A stretch of 32,000 nt of DNA from Synechococcus sp. A15-28 (GCF_014280175.1 NZ_CP047931.1:1500001-1532000), one strand, 5' to 3'; positions 17,478-29,791 are shown, counted from the stretch's first letter. Numbers and translations are program-made. Notes: a model not told the origin generated them from the sequence alone.

Positions 17478-18263
17478 TCAGCGCAGCGTGGAGCGTCGGT
17501 TGACGGTCTCGATGGCCCGCATGGCCGCCGCAGCAGCCTCCTCCACATCACCTTCACGACCGGCCAGGGTGAGACGGCCGAAGGCGCCGACGGCTTTCAC
17601 GTCCACCAAGGTGATGTTGGAGGCTTTTTCCGCTTCATTCGCCGCAATCAACACATAGCCGGCGGGCTCGGTTTCGAGGATGAACATGCTCATGCCGGCC
17701 TCGATCATCGAGCCACGGCGGTTCTGGCGGTTGATCAACACCGCATGATCCGGTGTGATCGCCCGGATCACCTCCGTCCAGCTCACGTCCGCCGGAGAAC
17801 GCTGCTCGACCGTGCTGCCGATGGCTTCCAGCACCACATCTCCGGAGTGGAGCACCGTGCTCTGGTCGCGGTGATAAAGCGCCATCGATCCGAAGGCACG
17901 CTCCACCACCATCTGGCCGAGGCGCACATCACTCGCCTTGAGGGCGATGTCCGTGACGCGATGAACAGCCATGCCCGGGGACACTTCCATCCATAGACAG
18001 GCGTCCCCTGGAATGGGCAGGAATCCCTGGCTCACTGAGCCCATGTAGGCCGCCAGTTGAGGCTGCAGCGAGTCGATGAACACATGGGTGCGCAGCTCAA
18101 TCGACTGCACTTGGCTGTTCTGGCGCTGCAGCCTGGGGGATTCGGAATCCGTGGTCACAACACAACTCGCACCTCCCTGGGGAGGTTTCACCTCAGTGCC
18201 GGTCACGAGAGCGCTTCCACCGCGCCGCCGCTCCCGGGCCTCGAAGCTGGCGAAACGGGTCAT
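17478..18263 (-). CDS. csoS1D: Tandem-BMC carboxysome shell protein CsoS1D
   Basis: 261 aa with a duplicated domain: [48 protein letters not shown]... and [59 protein letters not shown]. Confidence 0.92.
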   Translation of the reverse strand: MTRFASFEARERRRGGSALVTGTEVKPPQGGASCVVTTDSESPRLQRQNSQVQSIELRTHVFIDSLQPQLAAYMGSVSQGFLPIPGDACLWMEVSPGMAVHRVTDIALKASDVRLGQMVVERAFGSMALYHRDQSTVLHSGDVVLEAIGSTVEQRSPADVSWTEVIRAITPDHAVLINRQNRRGSMIEAGMSMFILETEPAGYVLIAANEAEKASNITLVDVKAVGAFGRLTLAGREGDVEEAAAAAMRAIETVNRRSTLR

Positions 18264-18379
18264 GGCGGGGAGTGTACCGGATGAATTCGGTGGTGACGGC
18301 TATGATCACAGGCCTCAGCTGCGGTCTTGCGTGACGAAGCGCAGCCGATACCGTCCGCTTATCAACACTGAGGACCCCG

Positions 18380-18760
18380 GTGATGAGCGAGCAATCCCCC
18401 GTGAATGCCGTCGAACTGAATGCCGACCAGGCCCTGGGCATGGTGAGCTTCGGCTTGATGCAGCGGCTGGCGAAGGAAGGAAAGGTGGAGCTGCCCTGGC
18501 TGGAAACCGCCGTGGACAGCGAGGTGGAACGGGCCCGGCAGCTACGCCAACGCCTGGAGCTCACCGCCCTGGCCATCAACACCGGCGCACCGCTCACAAC
18601 AGCGGAAGTCACCCTGCTGCTTGGCGCCCGCCCCTGCAGCGAGCAGGTGGAGCGCGGCGGACTGGTGGCTCGCCGTGTGAGCCGCAACGTCTGGCGGCTC
18701 AGCAAGCTGGACGAAAGTGATCGTTCCGACCGCTACGACGGATTCCGTCGTCGCCTCTGA
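18380..18760 (+). CDS. Conserved hypothetical protein upstream of chlN
   Basis: 126 aa (or 125 from the second Met). The internal segment LTALAINTGAPLTTAEVTLLLGARPCSEQVERGGLVARRVSRNVWRLSK is protein-like, and the ORF overlaps no stronger candidate. Confidence 0.7.
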   Translation: MMSEQSPVNAVELNADQALGMVSFGLMQRLAKEGKVELPWLETAVDSEVERARQLRQRLELTALAINTGAPLTTAEVTLLLGARPCSEQVERGGLVARRVSRNVWRLSKLDESDRSDRYDGFRRRL

Positions 18761-18822
18761 TCCCGAAGAGTTTCAGCGACTGAGGCTCACCAGCTCACTG
18801 GAGAGGTCAGGTTGTGGGCTGA

Positions 18823-20118
<1,296 letters not shown>

Positions 20119-20122
20119 CGCC

Positions 20123-21703
20123 ATGGATCTGACCCTCTGGACCTACGAAGGACCGCCCCACGTGGGTGCCATTCGCATCGCCGCCTCGATGGACGGGGTG
20201 CACTACGTGCTGCACGCACCGCAGGGCGACACCTATGCCGACCTGCTGTTCACCATGATCGAGCGGCGCGGCCAGCGCCCACCAGTGACGTACACCACCT
20301 TTCAGGCTCGCGATCTGGGGGGAGACACAGCGGAACTGGTGAAGCGCCATGTGCGAGAAGCGGTGGACCGCTTCCAACCCGACGCGCTGCTGGTAGGTGA
20401 AAGCTGCACGGCGGAACTGATCCAGGACCAACCCGGGGCCCTGGCACAGGGCATGGGACTGACGATGCCGGTGGTGAGCCTTGAGCTGCCGGCATACAGC
20501 AAAAAAGAGAACTGGGGCGCCGCAGAAACCCTCTATCAATTGACGCGAGGCCTGTTGAAGCAGGACGTGCCTGCCGCTCAGCCACAACATGATCCCAAGC
20601 GTTGGCAGCAGCAGGGACGTCGACCACGGGTGAATTTGCTGGGCCCATCCCTGCTGGGGTTCCGCTGCCGCGATGACGTGCTGGAAGTGCAGACGCTGCT
20701 GACCATGCACGGCATCGATGTGGCGGTGGTGGCCCCCCTGGGGGCGGGGGTTGAGGATCTCAAGCGGATCCCCGACGCCGACCTCAACATCTGCCTCTAC
20801 CCGGAGGTGGCTGAATCCACCTGCATCTGGCTGGAACGCAACTTCGGCATGCCCTTCACCCGCACGGTGCCGATCGGCGTCGGCGCCACCCACGATTTTC
20901 TCGTTGAGGTGCACACCGCCCTGGGACTGGAACCACCCTCGCCGGAGGAGGGTTATCGCCGCTCACGCCTGCCCTGGTATTCCGAATCCGTCGACTCCAC
21001 ATACCTCACCGGCAAGCGGGTGTTCATTTTTGGGGATGGCAGCCATGCCATCGCTGCAGCCCGCATCTGCAGTGAGGAGCTGGGCTTCCAGGTGGTGGGG
21101 CTGGGCACCTACAGCCGTGAGATGGCCCGACCGGTGCGGGCAGCAGCCAAGGCGTTGGGACTGGAGGCGTTGATCTGCGACGACTATCTGAAGGTGGAGG
21201 CAGCCATGGCCGAAGCGGCCCCCGAACTGGTGCTGGGGACCCAGATGGAACGCCACAGCGCCAAACGCCTGGGACTTCCCTGCGCGGTGATCAGCACCCC
21301 CATGCACGTGCAGGACGTGCCCGCCCGAAGGAGTCCCCAGATGGGCTGGGAAGGAGCCAACGTGATCTTCGACGACTGGGTCCACCCACTGATGATGGGG
21401 CTGGAGGAACATCTGATCGGCATGTTCCGCCACGACTTTGAATTCGTGGACGGTCACCAGAGCCACCTGGGCCATGCCGGAGGGGCGGGAGCTGCCAGCG
21501 GGGTGCCCGACCTCAGCGATGGACCAGAGGTGGACGAGGACGCCCTGGTGTGGACGCCCGATGGGGAAGCCGAACTGAAGAAAATCCCTTTCTTCGTGCG
21601 CGGAAAAGTTCGCCGCAATGCTGAGGCCTACGCCCGCCAGGTGGGCTGCAAGGAAATCAGCAGTGAAACGCTGTATGACGCCAAAGCCCACTACAAGGCA
21701 TGA
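20123..21703 (+). CDS. chlB: Light-independent protochlorophyllide reductase subunit B
   Basis: 526 aa. [49 protein letters not shown]..., and C-terminal [16 protein letters not shown]. Confidence 0.98.
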   Translation: MDLTLWTYEGPPHVGAIRIAASMDGVHYVLHAPQGDTYADLLFTMIERRGQRPPVTYTTFQARDLGGDTAELVKRHVREAVDRFQPDALLVGESCTAELIQDQPGALAQGMGLTMPVVSLELPAYSKKENWGAAETLYQLTRGLLKQDVPAAQPQHDPKRWQQQGRRPRVNLLGPSLLGFRCRDDVLEVQTLLTMHGIDVAVVAPLGAGVEDLKRIPDADLNICLYPEVAESTCIWLERNFGMPFTRTVPIGVGATHDFLVEVHTALGLEPPSPEEGYRRSRLPWYSESVDSTYLTGKRVFIFGDGSHAIAAARICSEELGFQVVGLGTYSREMARPVRAAAKALGLEALICDDYLKVEAAMAEAAPELVLGTQMERHSAKRLGLPCAVISTPMHVQDVPARRSPQMGWEGANVIFDDWVHPLMMGLEEHLIGMFRHDFEFVDGHQSHLGHAGGAGAASGVPDLSDGPEVDEDALVWTPDGEAELKKIPFFVRGKVRRNAEAYARQVGCKEISSETLYDAKAHYKA

Positions 21704-21854
21704 GCAAATTCACTCAATTATTTTCAGTTAAACGATAGAAATTCTTGAATCATGCCGACAACGGACATTCAGATCTTTCGTTTGTTGGTGAAACACAGCC
21801 ACAGCACATCTTCTGATGTTGAATGAATCCATCTCCTCTTGTGAAGGTCGCTGA

Positions 21855-23729
<1,875 letters not shown>

Positions 23730-23765
23730 TCAGTCGACCTCAGCCACCGGCAGACGAAAGGAATC

Positions 23766-24134
23766 TCAGCGCCAGATCACCCGCAGACGGTTGGGTGCAA
23801 TCCACTGGTCCTGCTCACTCAGCAGCCGCTTCTCACCGCCGATGCTGAACAACCGATCAAATCGGTTTTGCAGTGTTTCCAATCTCTTCGCCTCAAGATT
23901 CACCACAGCCGCGATTTCGCCGTGGCGATCGAGTCGTTCCTGATAGGCGACAGACATCCTCGCAACGCTGACGCAACCCACCAGGATCAAAGCTGCTTTG
24001 GCAGCTAGGGCGATCAGGCAGCAATGCAGTTCCTGCCGGTCCAGCTGACGTTGGATTGATGCGGCGCGGTTGGCGGCGGCTTCAGCCGACGGCTGATCCG
24101 TGGATCGCGATGACTTTGTCTTGGACGCCGTCAC
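23766..24134 (-). CDS. Hypothetical protein with one predicted transmembrane helix
   Basis: 122 aa with hydrophobic stretch LHCCLIALAAKAALILVGCVSVARM. GTG start. It sits downstream of psaM on the same strand. Confidence 0.55.
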   Translation of the reverse strand: MTASKTKSSRSTDQPSAEAAANRAASIQRQLDRQELHCCLIALAAKAALILVGCVSVARMSVAYQERLDRHGEIAAVVNLEAKRLETLQNRFDRLFSIGGEKRLLSEQDQWIAPNRLRVIWR

Positions 24135-24169
24135 CGCGACTGCTCAGATGACCGCTTGTAACGCAGCGA

Positions 24170-24274
24170 TCAGGCTTCGTAAAGGCTGATGGAGAGACGC
24201 AGGGCCAGAACGGCAGCGTGGGCAGCCACCACCAGAGCGACGAACACTTCAGCTGAGGTCAGAGCAGTGGCCAT
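24170..24274 (-). CDS. psaM: Photosystem I reaction center subunit XII (PsaM), missing from the ORF track
   Basis: Manual reverse-strand translation from ATG (24274-24272) to TGA (24172-24170): MATALTSAEVFVALVVAAHAAVLALRLSISLYEA. The length and the single TM helix ending LALRLSxxLY match PsaM. Confidence 0.85.
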   Translation of the reverse strand: MATALTSAEVFVALVVAAHAAVLALRLSISLYEA

Positions 24275-24357
24275 GGGAAAGAAGACACAAGCGGTCCCAT
24301 TCTTCTCCCTCAGCGGGGCTTCAGGCCATCATTCGCAAAGGCCTGTCACACCCATCG

Positions 24358-24828
24358 ATGGAACCGGTTCTGATCAACGCCGATGCGATCCGGCGTCTCG
24401 ACCTCACTCCCCTGCAGCCGTGGAGCAGCCAGCCGCTGCCATCGCTGCTGGAGCAGGGCCCTGCCTTGGCACTGCAGTTCGACTGGCCGCGAGATCCCTC
24501 GGATCCCCGAGAGCTGGCCGAATGTCCTGAGCCAAGGCTCTGGGCCGTGCGAGCCGATGCCCGTTTCCCCTGGCTACCACTGCTGCTGGAACGCGATCAG
24601 GGCAGTTTGATCCGCCATGTGGCCATGGTGGTGCCCCACAGCTTCAACCGCAGTGAGGGACTGCGCTTCGAGCCCCAGGCCCTCGAACTGTGGATCACCC
24701 ACCGGCTGATGCAACTGGACGACCTCTGCACTGCCACGCTGGGACGCTCGCAACGGGGCAAACTCTCGCAGATGGCAGCCTCCCTTGGTTACGAGCTGGA
24801 TGCGGGCTTCTGGACCCTGTTGAGCTGA
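24358..24828 (+). CDS. CRR6-like NDH-1 assembly factor family protein
   Basis: 156 aa. DPSDPRELAECPEPRLWAVRADARFPWLPLLLERDQGSLIRHVAMVVPHSFNRSEGLRFEPQALELWITHRL...SLGYELD resembles the cyanobacterial/plastid CRR6 pattern of PRELSE.PE.RLWF.R.DA.YPWLP and VPH.F. Confidence 0.72.
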   Translation: MEPVLINADAIRRLDLTPLQPWSSQPLPSLLEQGPALALQFDWPRDPSDPRELAECPEPRLWAVRADARFPWLPLLLERDQGSLIRHVAMVVPHSFNRSEGLRFEPQALELWITHRLMQLDDLCTATLGRSQRGKLSQMAASLGYELDAGFWTLLS

Positions 24829-24830
24829 GT

Positions 24831-25601
24831 TCAGACCAGCAGCAGATGAAGAGCCCGCCGGCAGCTGTCCAACGCCAGAACGATGGCCAGCCCCCGCAGC
24901 AGTCGCACCAGCACCACCGCATCGAAACGGTCCAGACGGCTGGCGGACCATTGGGCCGCCAGGGCAGCCACGCCCCCGAGCACCAGGCCCATCCAGGGCA
25001 CCCCTCGCCCCTCATGCAGGAACTGCAGCGACGCTGCGGTAGCGGAGCAGAACACCGCCACGGTGCTGAGGCGTACCGCCCGATGGATGGGAACCCCCAG
25101 GGGTCCGTTCATCAGCGGCACCATCACCAGGCCACCACCGAGGCCGAGCATTCCGGCCGTCCAGCCGGCAATGCACCCCACCCCCGCCAACAACCCCACC
25201 TGGCCATTGGTCTCCTCGACCTCTTCAGGGGTCTCCTCCTCCCGCACGCGCACAGCGAAGGCCAGCACCACATAGATCAGCGTCTGCATCGCCAGCAGAA
25301 TCCAGCCAGACACCACCCCCGCCAGACCGCCGAACAACAGCGCTGAACCAAAGGCGGACACACCGATGGCCACACCGGTTCGAACCGGCAGTGATCCACT
25401 GCGGAGATGAGACACCAGGCCCGCCAGGGCCGTTGGCACGATCGCAAAACTGCTGGTGGCCAAGGCCTGATGGGGCGGAAGATCCAGCCAGAGCAGCAAA
25501 GGCGCGAAGATCAGACCACCTCCAATGCCCAGCAGGCCAGCCAATCCTCCGGCCAGCAGGCCCAGGCCGATCAGCAGGGGGATGTCCCACCAGGGCAGCA
25601 C
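24831..25601 (-). CDS. TSUP (TauE/SafE) family membrane transporter
   Basis: 256 aa. GLLAGGLAGLLGIGGGLIFAPLLLWLDLPPHQALATSSFAIVPTALAG, and the repeated-half motif GWTAGMLGLGGGLVMVPLM. Confidence 0.88.
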   Translation of the reverse strand: MLPWWDIPLLIGLGLLAGGLAGLLGIGGGLIFAPLLLWLDLPPHQALATSSFAIVPTALAGLVSHLRSGSLPVRTGVAIGVSAFGSALLFGGLAGVVSGWILLAMQTLIYVVLAFAVRVREEETPEEVEETNGQVGLLAGVGCIAGWTAGMLGLGGGLVMVPLMNGPLGVPIHRAVRLSTVAVFCSATAASLQFLHEGRGVPWMGLVLGGVAALAAQWSASRLDRFDAVVLVRLLRGLAIVLALDSCRRALHLLLV

Positions 25602-25627
25602 GTCATCGCTCGCTCACGATCTCCAGC

Positions 25628-26380
25628 ATGCCGACCGCCGGATCCCCTGGCCGACTCATTCCCCACCTGATTGGAGATGGTCCGACCCAAATGGCCATCG
25701 ACACCATGCTGCTGGCCCAGGCCACGGAGGCTCCGGTGCTGCGGTTCTACCGCTGGGACGGGCCCTGGCTGTCCCTGGGACGTCATCAGCGCCACTGGCC
25801 CCAGCACTGGCATCAACTGACGCAGGGGGGACGGCTTCGCATGGTGCGTCGCCCCAGTGGCGGCCAGGCTGTTCTGCACGCGGGGGGACTCACCTATGCG
25901 CTGATCTGGCCCTCCGCTCCACGCCGACGCAAGCAGGCCTACCGGGAGGCATGCCAATGGTTGATCGATGGCTTCACCCAACTGGGGCTGCCGTTGCGGT
26001 TCGGGGACGATCCCGCCCTCGCCGGCGACAGCAACTGCTTCGCAAGTGCCACCGCGGCAGATCTCGTGGACCCTGCCGGCGTCAAACGCATCGGCAGTGC
26101 CCAGTGCTGGCAGCGCGGACGCCTGCTTCAGCACGGGGAGATCCTGCTGGACCCTCCACCGGAGCTCTGGCAGTTGGTGTTCGGCGAAGCCGCTCCGCCG
26201 GCAGCAGCACCAGCGATTGACCTGCTGAGGTTGGAGCAGCAGCTGATTGAGGCCATGGCCATGGCCTGGCCTGAGGTGAGCTGGAAGGAGTTACCCCTCA
26301 GCGAGGACGAGCGTGATCAGGTGGAGGCCCGTTCACGATCCGATGGTTCGGAAGTTGCCGCCATCGACTCGACGATCTGA
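25628..26380 (+). CDS. Lipoate-protein ligase A / BPL-LPL family protein
   Basis: The ATG at 25628 gives 250 aa: NMAID-type QMAIDTMLLAQATEAPVLRFYRWDGPWLSLGRHQ...RRPSGGQAVLHAGGLTYALI...NCFASATAADLVDPAGVKRIGSAQCWQRGRLLQHGEILLD. The tracked 5' extension from 25391 lacks family features. Confidence 0.87.
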   Translation: MPTAGSPGRLIPHLIGDGPTQMAIDTMLLAQATEAPVLRFYRWDGPWLSLGRHQRHWPQHWHQLTQGGRLRMVRRPSGGQAVLHAGGLTYALIWPSAPRRRKQAYREACQWLIDGFTQLGLPLRFGDDPALAGDSNCFASATAADLVDPAGVKRIGSAQCWQRGRLLQHGEILLDPPPELWQLVFGEAAPPAAAPAIDLLRLEQQLIEAMAMAWPEVSWKELPLSEDERDQVEARSRSDGSEVAAIDSTI

Positions 26381-27576
26381 GGCAACATCACCAGCCCCAT
26401 CGGGTAGCGGTTATGGCGCCTTGCCTCATCGAGGATCGGAGGGGGGAGCCGCACCCCCAGTCGCTTGAGCACCGCTTCTGCGATGTCCATGCGGTCCACG
26501 GTGCCGGCGGGAAGACCGGCCGGGCTCAGCACCAAGGCCCGGCCCTGGTCAGAGGCCTCAATAACTTTGATGGCCTGCCAGATGGGCGCCGAGTCGGCCA
26601 CGGAGGGGAGGGATTCCAGAGGGCGGAGATGGTCGCCGACGGTCTGCAGGTCCCACTGCTGAACAGGGAGATCCCGCAGAGGCTGATCATCCACCCAACC
26701 CAGCCAATGGGGGCCACGGCAGATCAGCACCCAATCCGCCCCTCGCTTGGCCTCGTCGTCCTGAAGACGCAGCTGACTGAGCCGACGCAGGGGCTGATCA
26801 GACTCCATCACCCTGAAGCGGCGACTGGCAGCATCCGCCACCTTCAGGTCCCGCAGCACCTGATGCAGCACCAGCATCTGGGACTGGCTGCGATTCGCGC
26901 CAAGGCCGAACCAACCGATCAGCATCAACATCACGCCGTTGAAGCCACCGCCCTGCAGCAACAGCAGGCCCCCCAGCACGATCATCAGTGTGGAGAGAGC
27001 ACGGCCGGAGGCGGCTGCCACCTGCATCCCCCGCTTCTGACTGCCGCTGAACTGCCACACCAGCGCCTTGAGGATCAATCCACCATCCAGTGGCAGACCC
27101 GGCAGCAGATTGAATAAACCGAGCATCAGGTTGAGCAGGCCGAGCTGCGTGCAGAGCAACGTGAGCAGAGGACTCACACCACCGGCCGGCACCGCTGAAA
27201 GGAGCAGACCCAGGGCCAGGAGAAGACTGACGAGGGGACCGGCGGCAGCAATGCGCAGACTGCCCATTGCCGTGTTGCACTCCTTCTCGACCCGGGCAAT
27301 CCCCCCCAGATGGAACAGGGTGATGCTGAGCACCTTCACCCCTTCACGGACCGCCATCACGGCATGGCCGAGTTCATGCAGCAACACCGATAAAAACAGC
27401 ATGAGCGCTGTCGCCAGGCCCAGCCCCCAGCTCACCGTCAACGGGACGGCCGGCGTGATCTCAGTCGAATAACGCCCCTGGAAGAGGGTGGTGAAGATGG
27501 CCAGGGCAAACAACCAGCTGGGCTGGATCCGCAGCGGAATGCCCCGAAAGGTCAACAGGGTCCAGCCTTCTCCCAC
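26317..27576 (-). CDS. M50 (site-2 protease-like) zinc metalloprotease with C-terminal CBS-like region
   Basis: 419 aa. HELGH zinc motif (LLHELGHAVMA), NLMLGLFNLLPGLPLDGGLIL, multiple TM segments, and a soluble C-terminus. Confidence 0.9.
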   Translation of the reverse strand: MGEGWTLLTFRGIPLRIQPSWLFALAIFTTLFQGRYSTEITPAVPLTVSWGLGLATALMLFLSVLLHELGHAVMAVREGVKVLSITLFHLGGIARVEKECNTAMGSLRIAAAGPLVSLLLALGLLLSAVPAGGVSPLLTLLCTQLGLLNLMLGLFNLLPGLPLDGGLILKALVWQFSGSQKRGMQVAAASGRALSTLMIVLGGLLLLQGGGFNGVMLMLIGWFGLGANRSQSQMLVLHQVLRDLKVADAASRRFRVMESDQPLRRLSQLRLQDDEAKRGADWVLICRGPHWLGWVDDQPLRDLPVQQWDLQTVGDHLRPLESLPSVADSAPIWQAIKVIEASDQGRALVLSPAGLPAGTVDRMDIAEAVLKRLGVRLPPPILDEARRHNRYPMGLVMLPQIVESMAATSEPSDRERAST

Positions 27577-27618
27577 CGCTTCTCCAAGGTGTCGCTGCCC
27601 CAGAGGGGCGTGTCCTCC

Positions 27619-28308
27619 ATGATCCTAAAGAGATCAGCCTGCAGGTTCTTGCGCGATCAATCCACCGCTCCAGCCGTGAAGATCTGCGGTCTCACCGATC
27701 CTGAGCAGGCGCTGGCGATCGCCGCCATGGGGGTCGATGCCATCGGCGTGATCGGCGTGGCAGGAACCCCCAGATACGTCAAGGACACCCCTCGCCGGGG
27801 CCTGTTCAGCCAGCTTGCGCAGCATTGTCCTGAGGTCCATCGGGTGTGGGTGGTGGCCGACGCCTCGGAAGAGGAGCTCGATGCAGCGCTCCAGGGGGAC
27901 GGCACACCGACGGTGGTGCAGCTCCATGGCAAGGAAACCCCGGAGCAATGCCTGGCGTTGCGGCAACGCCACCCAAAAAAAAGCGTTTGGAAAGCCCTGC
28001 GCCTGCGCAGCCTGGAGGATCTGAAGTCTGTGGAGAACTATCTGGAGTCCGTTGATGCCCTGTTGCTGGATGCCTGGAGTCCGGATCAGCTGGGGGGCAC
28101 AGGCCACCGACTCCCCCTGGACTGGTTGGCGGAAACCCGGTTACCACTTCCTTGGTGGCTAGCTGGAGGCATCAGTGCCGAATGGATCCCCGAATTACTG
28201 GAGAAGGTCTCACCCGATGGCCTCGACGCTTCCAGTCGTCTTGAGGTCCGACCGGGTTGGAAGGACCTCAAGAAAGTGAGAGCTCTGCTTTCAGCTGTTC
28301 GCCCCTGA
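27619..28308 (+). CDS. trpF: Phosphoribosylanthranilate isomerase
   Basis: APAVKICGLTDPEQALAIAAMGVDAIGVI..., VVQLHGKETPEQC, ALLLDAW and LAGGISAEWI. The tracked ORF starts at 27589. The ATG at 27619 is the likelier start. Confidence 0.93.
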   Translation: MILKRSACRFLRDQSTAPAVKICGLTDPEQALAIAAMGVDAIGVIGVAGTPRYVKDTPRRGLFSQLAQHCPEVHRVWVVADASEEELDAALQGDGTPTVVQLHGKETPEQCLALRQRHPKKSVWKALRLRSLEDLKSVENYLESVDALLLDAWSPDQLGGTGHRLPLDWLAETRLPLPWWLAGGISAEWIPELLEKVSPDGLDASSRLEVRPGWKDLKKVRALLSAVRP

Positions 28309-28311
28309 AGC

Positions 28312-29073
28312 TCAGGTGCTGAGCAAGGCGTCCTGTTGACGCACCAGTTCAAAGAACTCCTGCTTCAGGCTGGGGTCGTGACGGAAATCGCCCCGCACCA
28401 CGGAATTCACCATGCTGGTCTGGGGCTCCTTCACACCGCGCCACTTCATGCAGTAGTGCTGAGCCTTGATGATGATGCCGAGGCCCTGGGGTTCGCAGAG
28501 CTTCTCGATCTCGTCAGCCAGAATCATCACCGCCTCTTCCTGGATATGGGGCCGGGAGAACACCCAGTCCGCCACCCTTGTGAACTTGGACAACCCGATC
28601 ACACGGGCACCTGGCTTGATCCCGATCCAGCAGTTGCCCATGATTGGGACCAGATGGTGGGAGCAAGCCGATCGCACCGTGATCGGCCCGACGGTGTAGA
28701 TCTCATCCAGTTTCTTGACGTTGGGGAAACTGGCCACCTTCGGCTGATGGTGATAACGCCCCTTGAACACCTCATGGAGGTACATCCGAGACACACGCTC
28801 GGCGGTTTCGTGGGTGTTGTGATCGTTGTCGATGTCGATCACCAGGGTGCGCAGCAGATCGCGCACCTTGTCGGCCACCTCAACCTCGAGAGCTCTGAGC
28901 TCGCCAGGTTCAATGTGCTCGGCGATGTTGTCGTTGGCGAGGAACGACACCCCAGCGGCCTGAAGCCGCTCGCGAATTCGGGTCGACACCTCTGCACTGA
29001 GGCGGGGCTGGCCGTTGCCGTTGGAGATGCCATTGCTGGCGCCGTTGGACACGAAAGGGACGGTGGTGGTCAT
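28312..29073 (-). CDS. folE: GTP cyclohydrolase I
   Basis: 253 aa. GRYHHQPKVASFPNVKKLDEIYTVGPITVRSACSHHLVPIMGNCWIGIKPG...GLSKFTRVADWVFSRPHIQEEAVMILADEIE. Confidence 0.96.
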   Translation of the reverse strand: MTTTVPFVSNGASNGISNGNGQPRLSAEVSTRIRERLQAAGVSFLANDNIAEHIEPGELRALEVEVADKVRDLLRTLVIDIDNDHNTHETAERVSRMYLHEVFKGRYHHQPKVASFPNVKKLDEIYTVGPITVRSACSHHLVPIMGNCWIGIKPGARVIGLSKFTRVADWVFSRPHIQEEAVMILADEIEKLCEPQGLGIIIKAQHYCMKWRGVKEPQTSMVNSVVRGDFRHDPSLKQEFFELVRQQDALLST

Positions 29074-29083
29074 GACTATTCGT

Positions 29084-29791
29084 TCAGAAGGCGCCGGCAG
29101 CCGGCATGAGGGTTAAGTCTTCGATCACCTGGTTCACGGGTTGTTCTGCCAGGTTCACCAAGGTCTCTGCCGCCTGGTCGACAGTGAGCATGGCACGACG
29201 ATCGAAATCGCTTTGTACGGTTTCCGCGTCCCAAAGGGGGGTGTTTACGGCACCGAGGGTAAGGGTGCAGGCACGGATTCCATGGGCTCGCTCCTCCTCC
29301 GCCAGGCAGCGGGTGAAGCTGGCCAGGGCCGCTTTGCTGACGCAGTACGCACCCCATTGCGGGAAGGCATTGCGCGCGGCATGGCTGTTGACATTGATCA
29401 CCAAACCTCCGGAAGGGCGCATGGCAGGAACAACCGCGGCACAAACCTGCATGACGCTGGTGACATTCAGCTGCATCAACCACTGCCAACGCTCCAGCGG
29501 TATGGCCAGCAGATCTCCGGTGTAGGCAGCTCCCGCGTTGTTGATCAACACAGCGGGAGCTGATCCCTGCTCCAGAAGTCCGGTCAGCTCGGGGTGGATG
29601 GCCTGGGGATCGGTGAGATCAACGGAGCGGACATCCACCCGCACACCCATCGGCCGCAATTCGGTGGCCAACTGCTCAAGCTGATCACCACGGCGGGCAA
29701 TCAGCTTGAGATCCCAACCCTTGCGGGCCAGCAGTTCAGCCGTTCGGCGGCCTATGCCACGACTTGCACCTGTGATCAGAGCCGTTGGCAA
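29084..29791 (-). CDS. Short-chain dehydrogenase/reductase family protein
   Basis: 235 aa. ALITGASRGIGRRTAELLA, LINNAGAAYTG and YCVSKAALASFTRCLAEE. Confidence 0.9.
   Translation of the reverse strand: MPTALITGASRGIGRRTAELLARKGWDLKLIARRGDQLEQLATELRPMGVRVDVRSVDLTDPQAIHPELTGLLEQGSAPAVLINNAGAAYTGDLLAIPLERWQWLMQLNVTSVMQVCAAVVPAMRPSGGLVINVNSHAARNAFPQWGAYCVSKAALASFTRCLAEEERAHGIRACTLTLGAVNTPLWDAETVQSDFDRRAMLTVDQAAETLVNLAEQPVNQVIEDLTLMPAAGAF

Noticed and set aside
3298-18263. The carboxysome/NDH-1 cluster as a previously undescribed system
   Set aside because: All core components match the established alpha-carboxysome and CO2-uptake machinery of picocyanobacteria. Only sub-features (hairpins, tails, motif sharing, operator candidates) may be new.
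25391-25627. N-terminal extension of the lipoate ligase-like protein to 25391
   Set aside because: The added residues overlap the TSUP gene antisense and look non-protein-like. The ATG at 25628 is adjacent to the family-like region.
26413-27117. 234-aa and smaller plus-strand ORFs opposite the M50 protease gene
   Set aside because: His/Gln-rich antisense translation typical of shadow frames. The minus strand has HELGH and intramembrane protease features.
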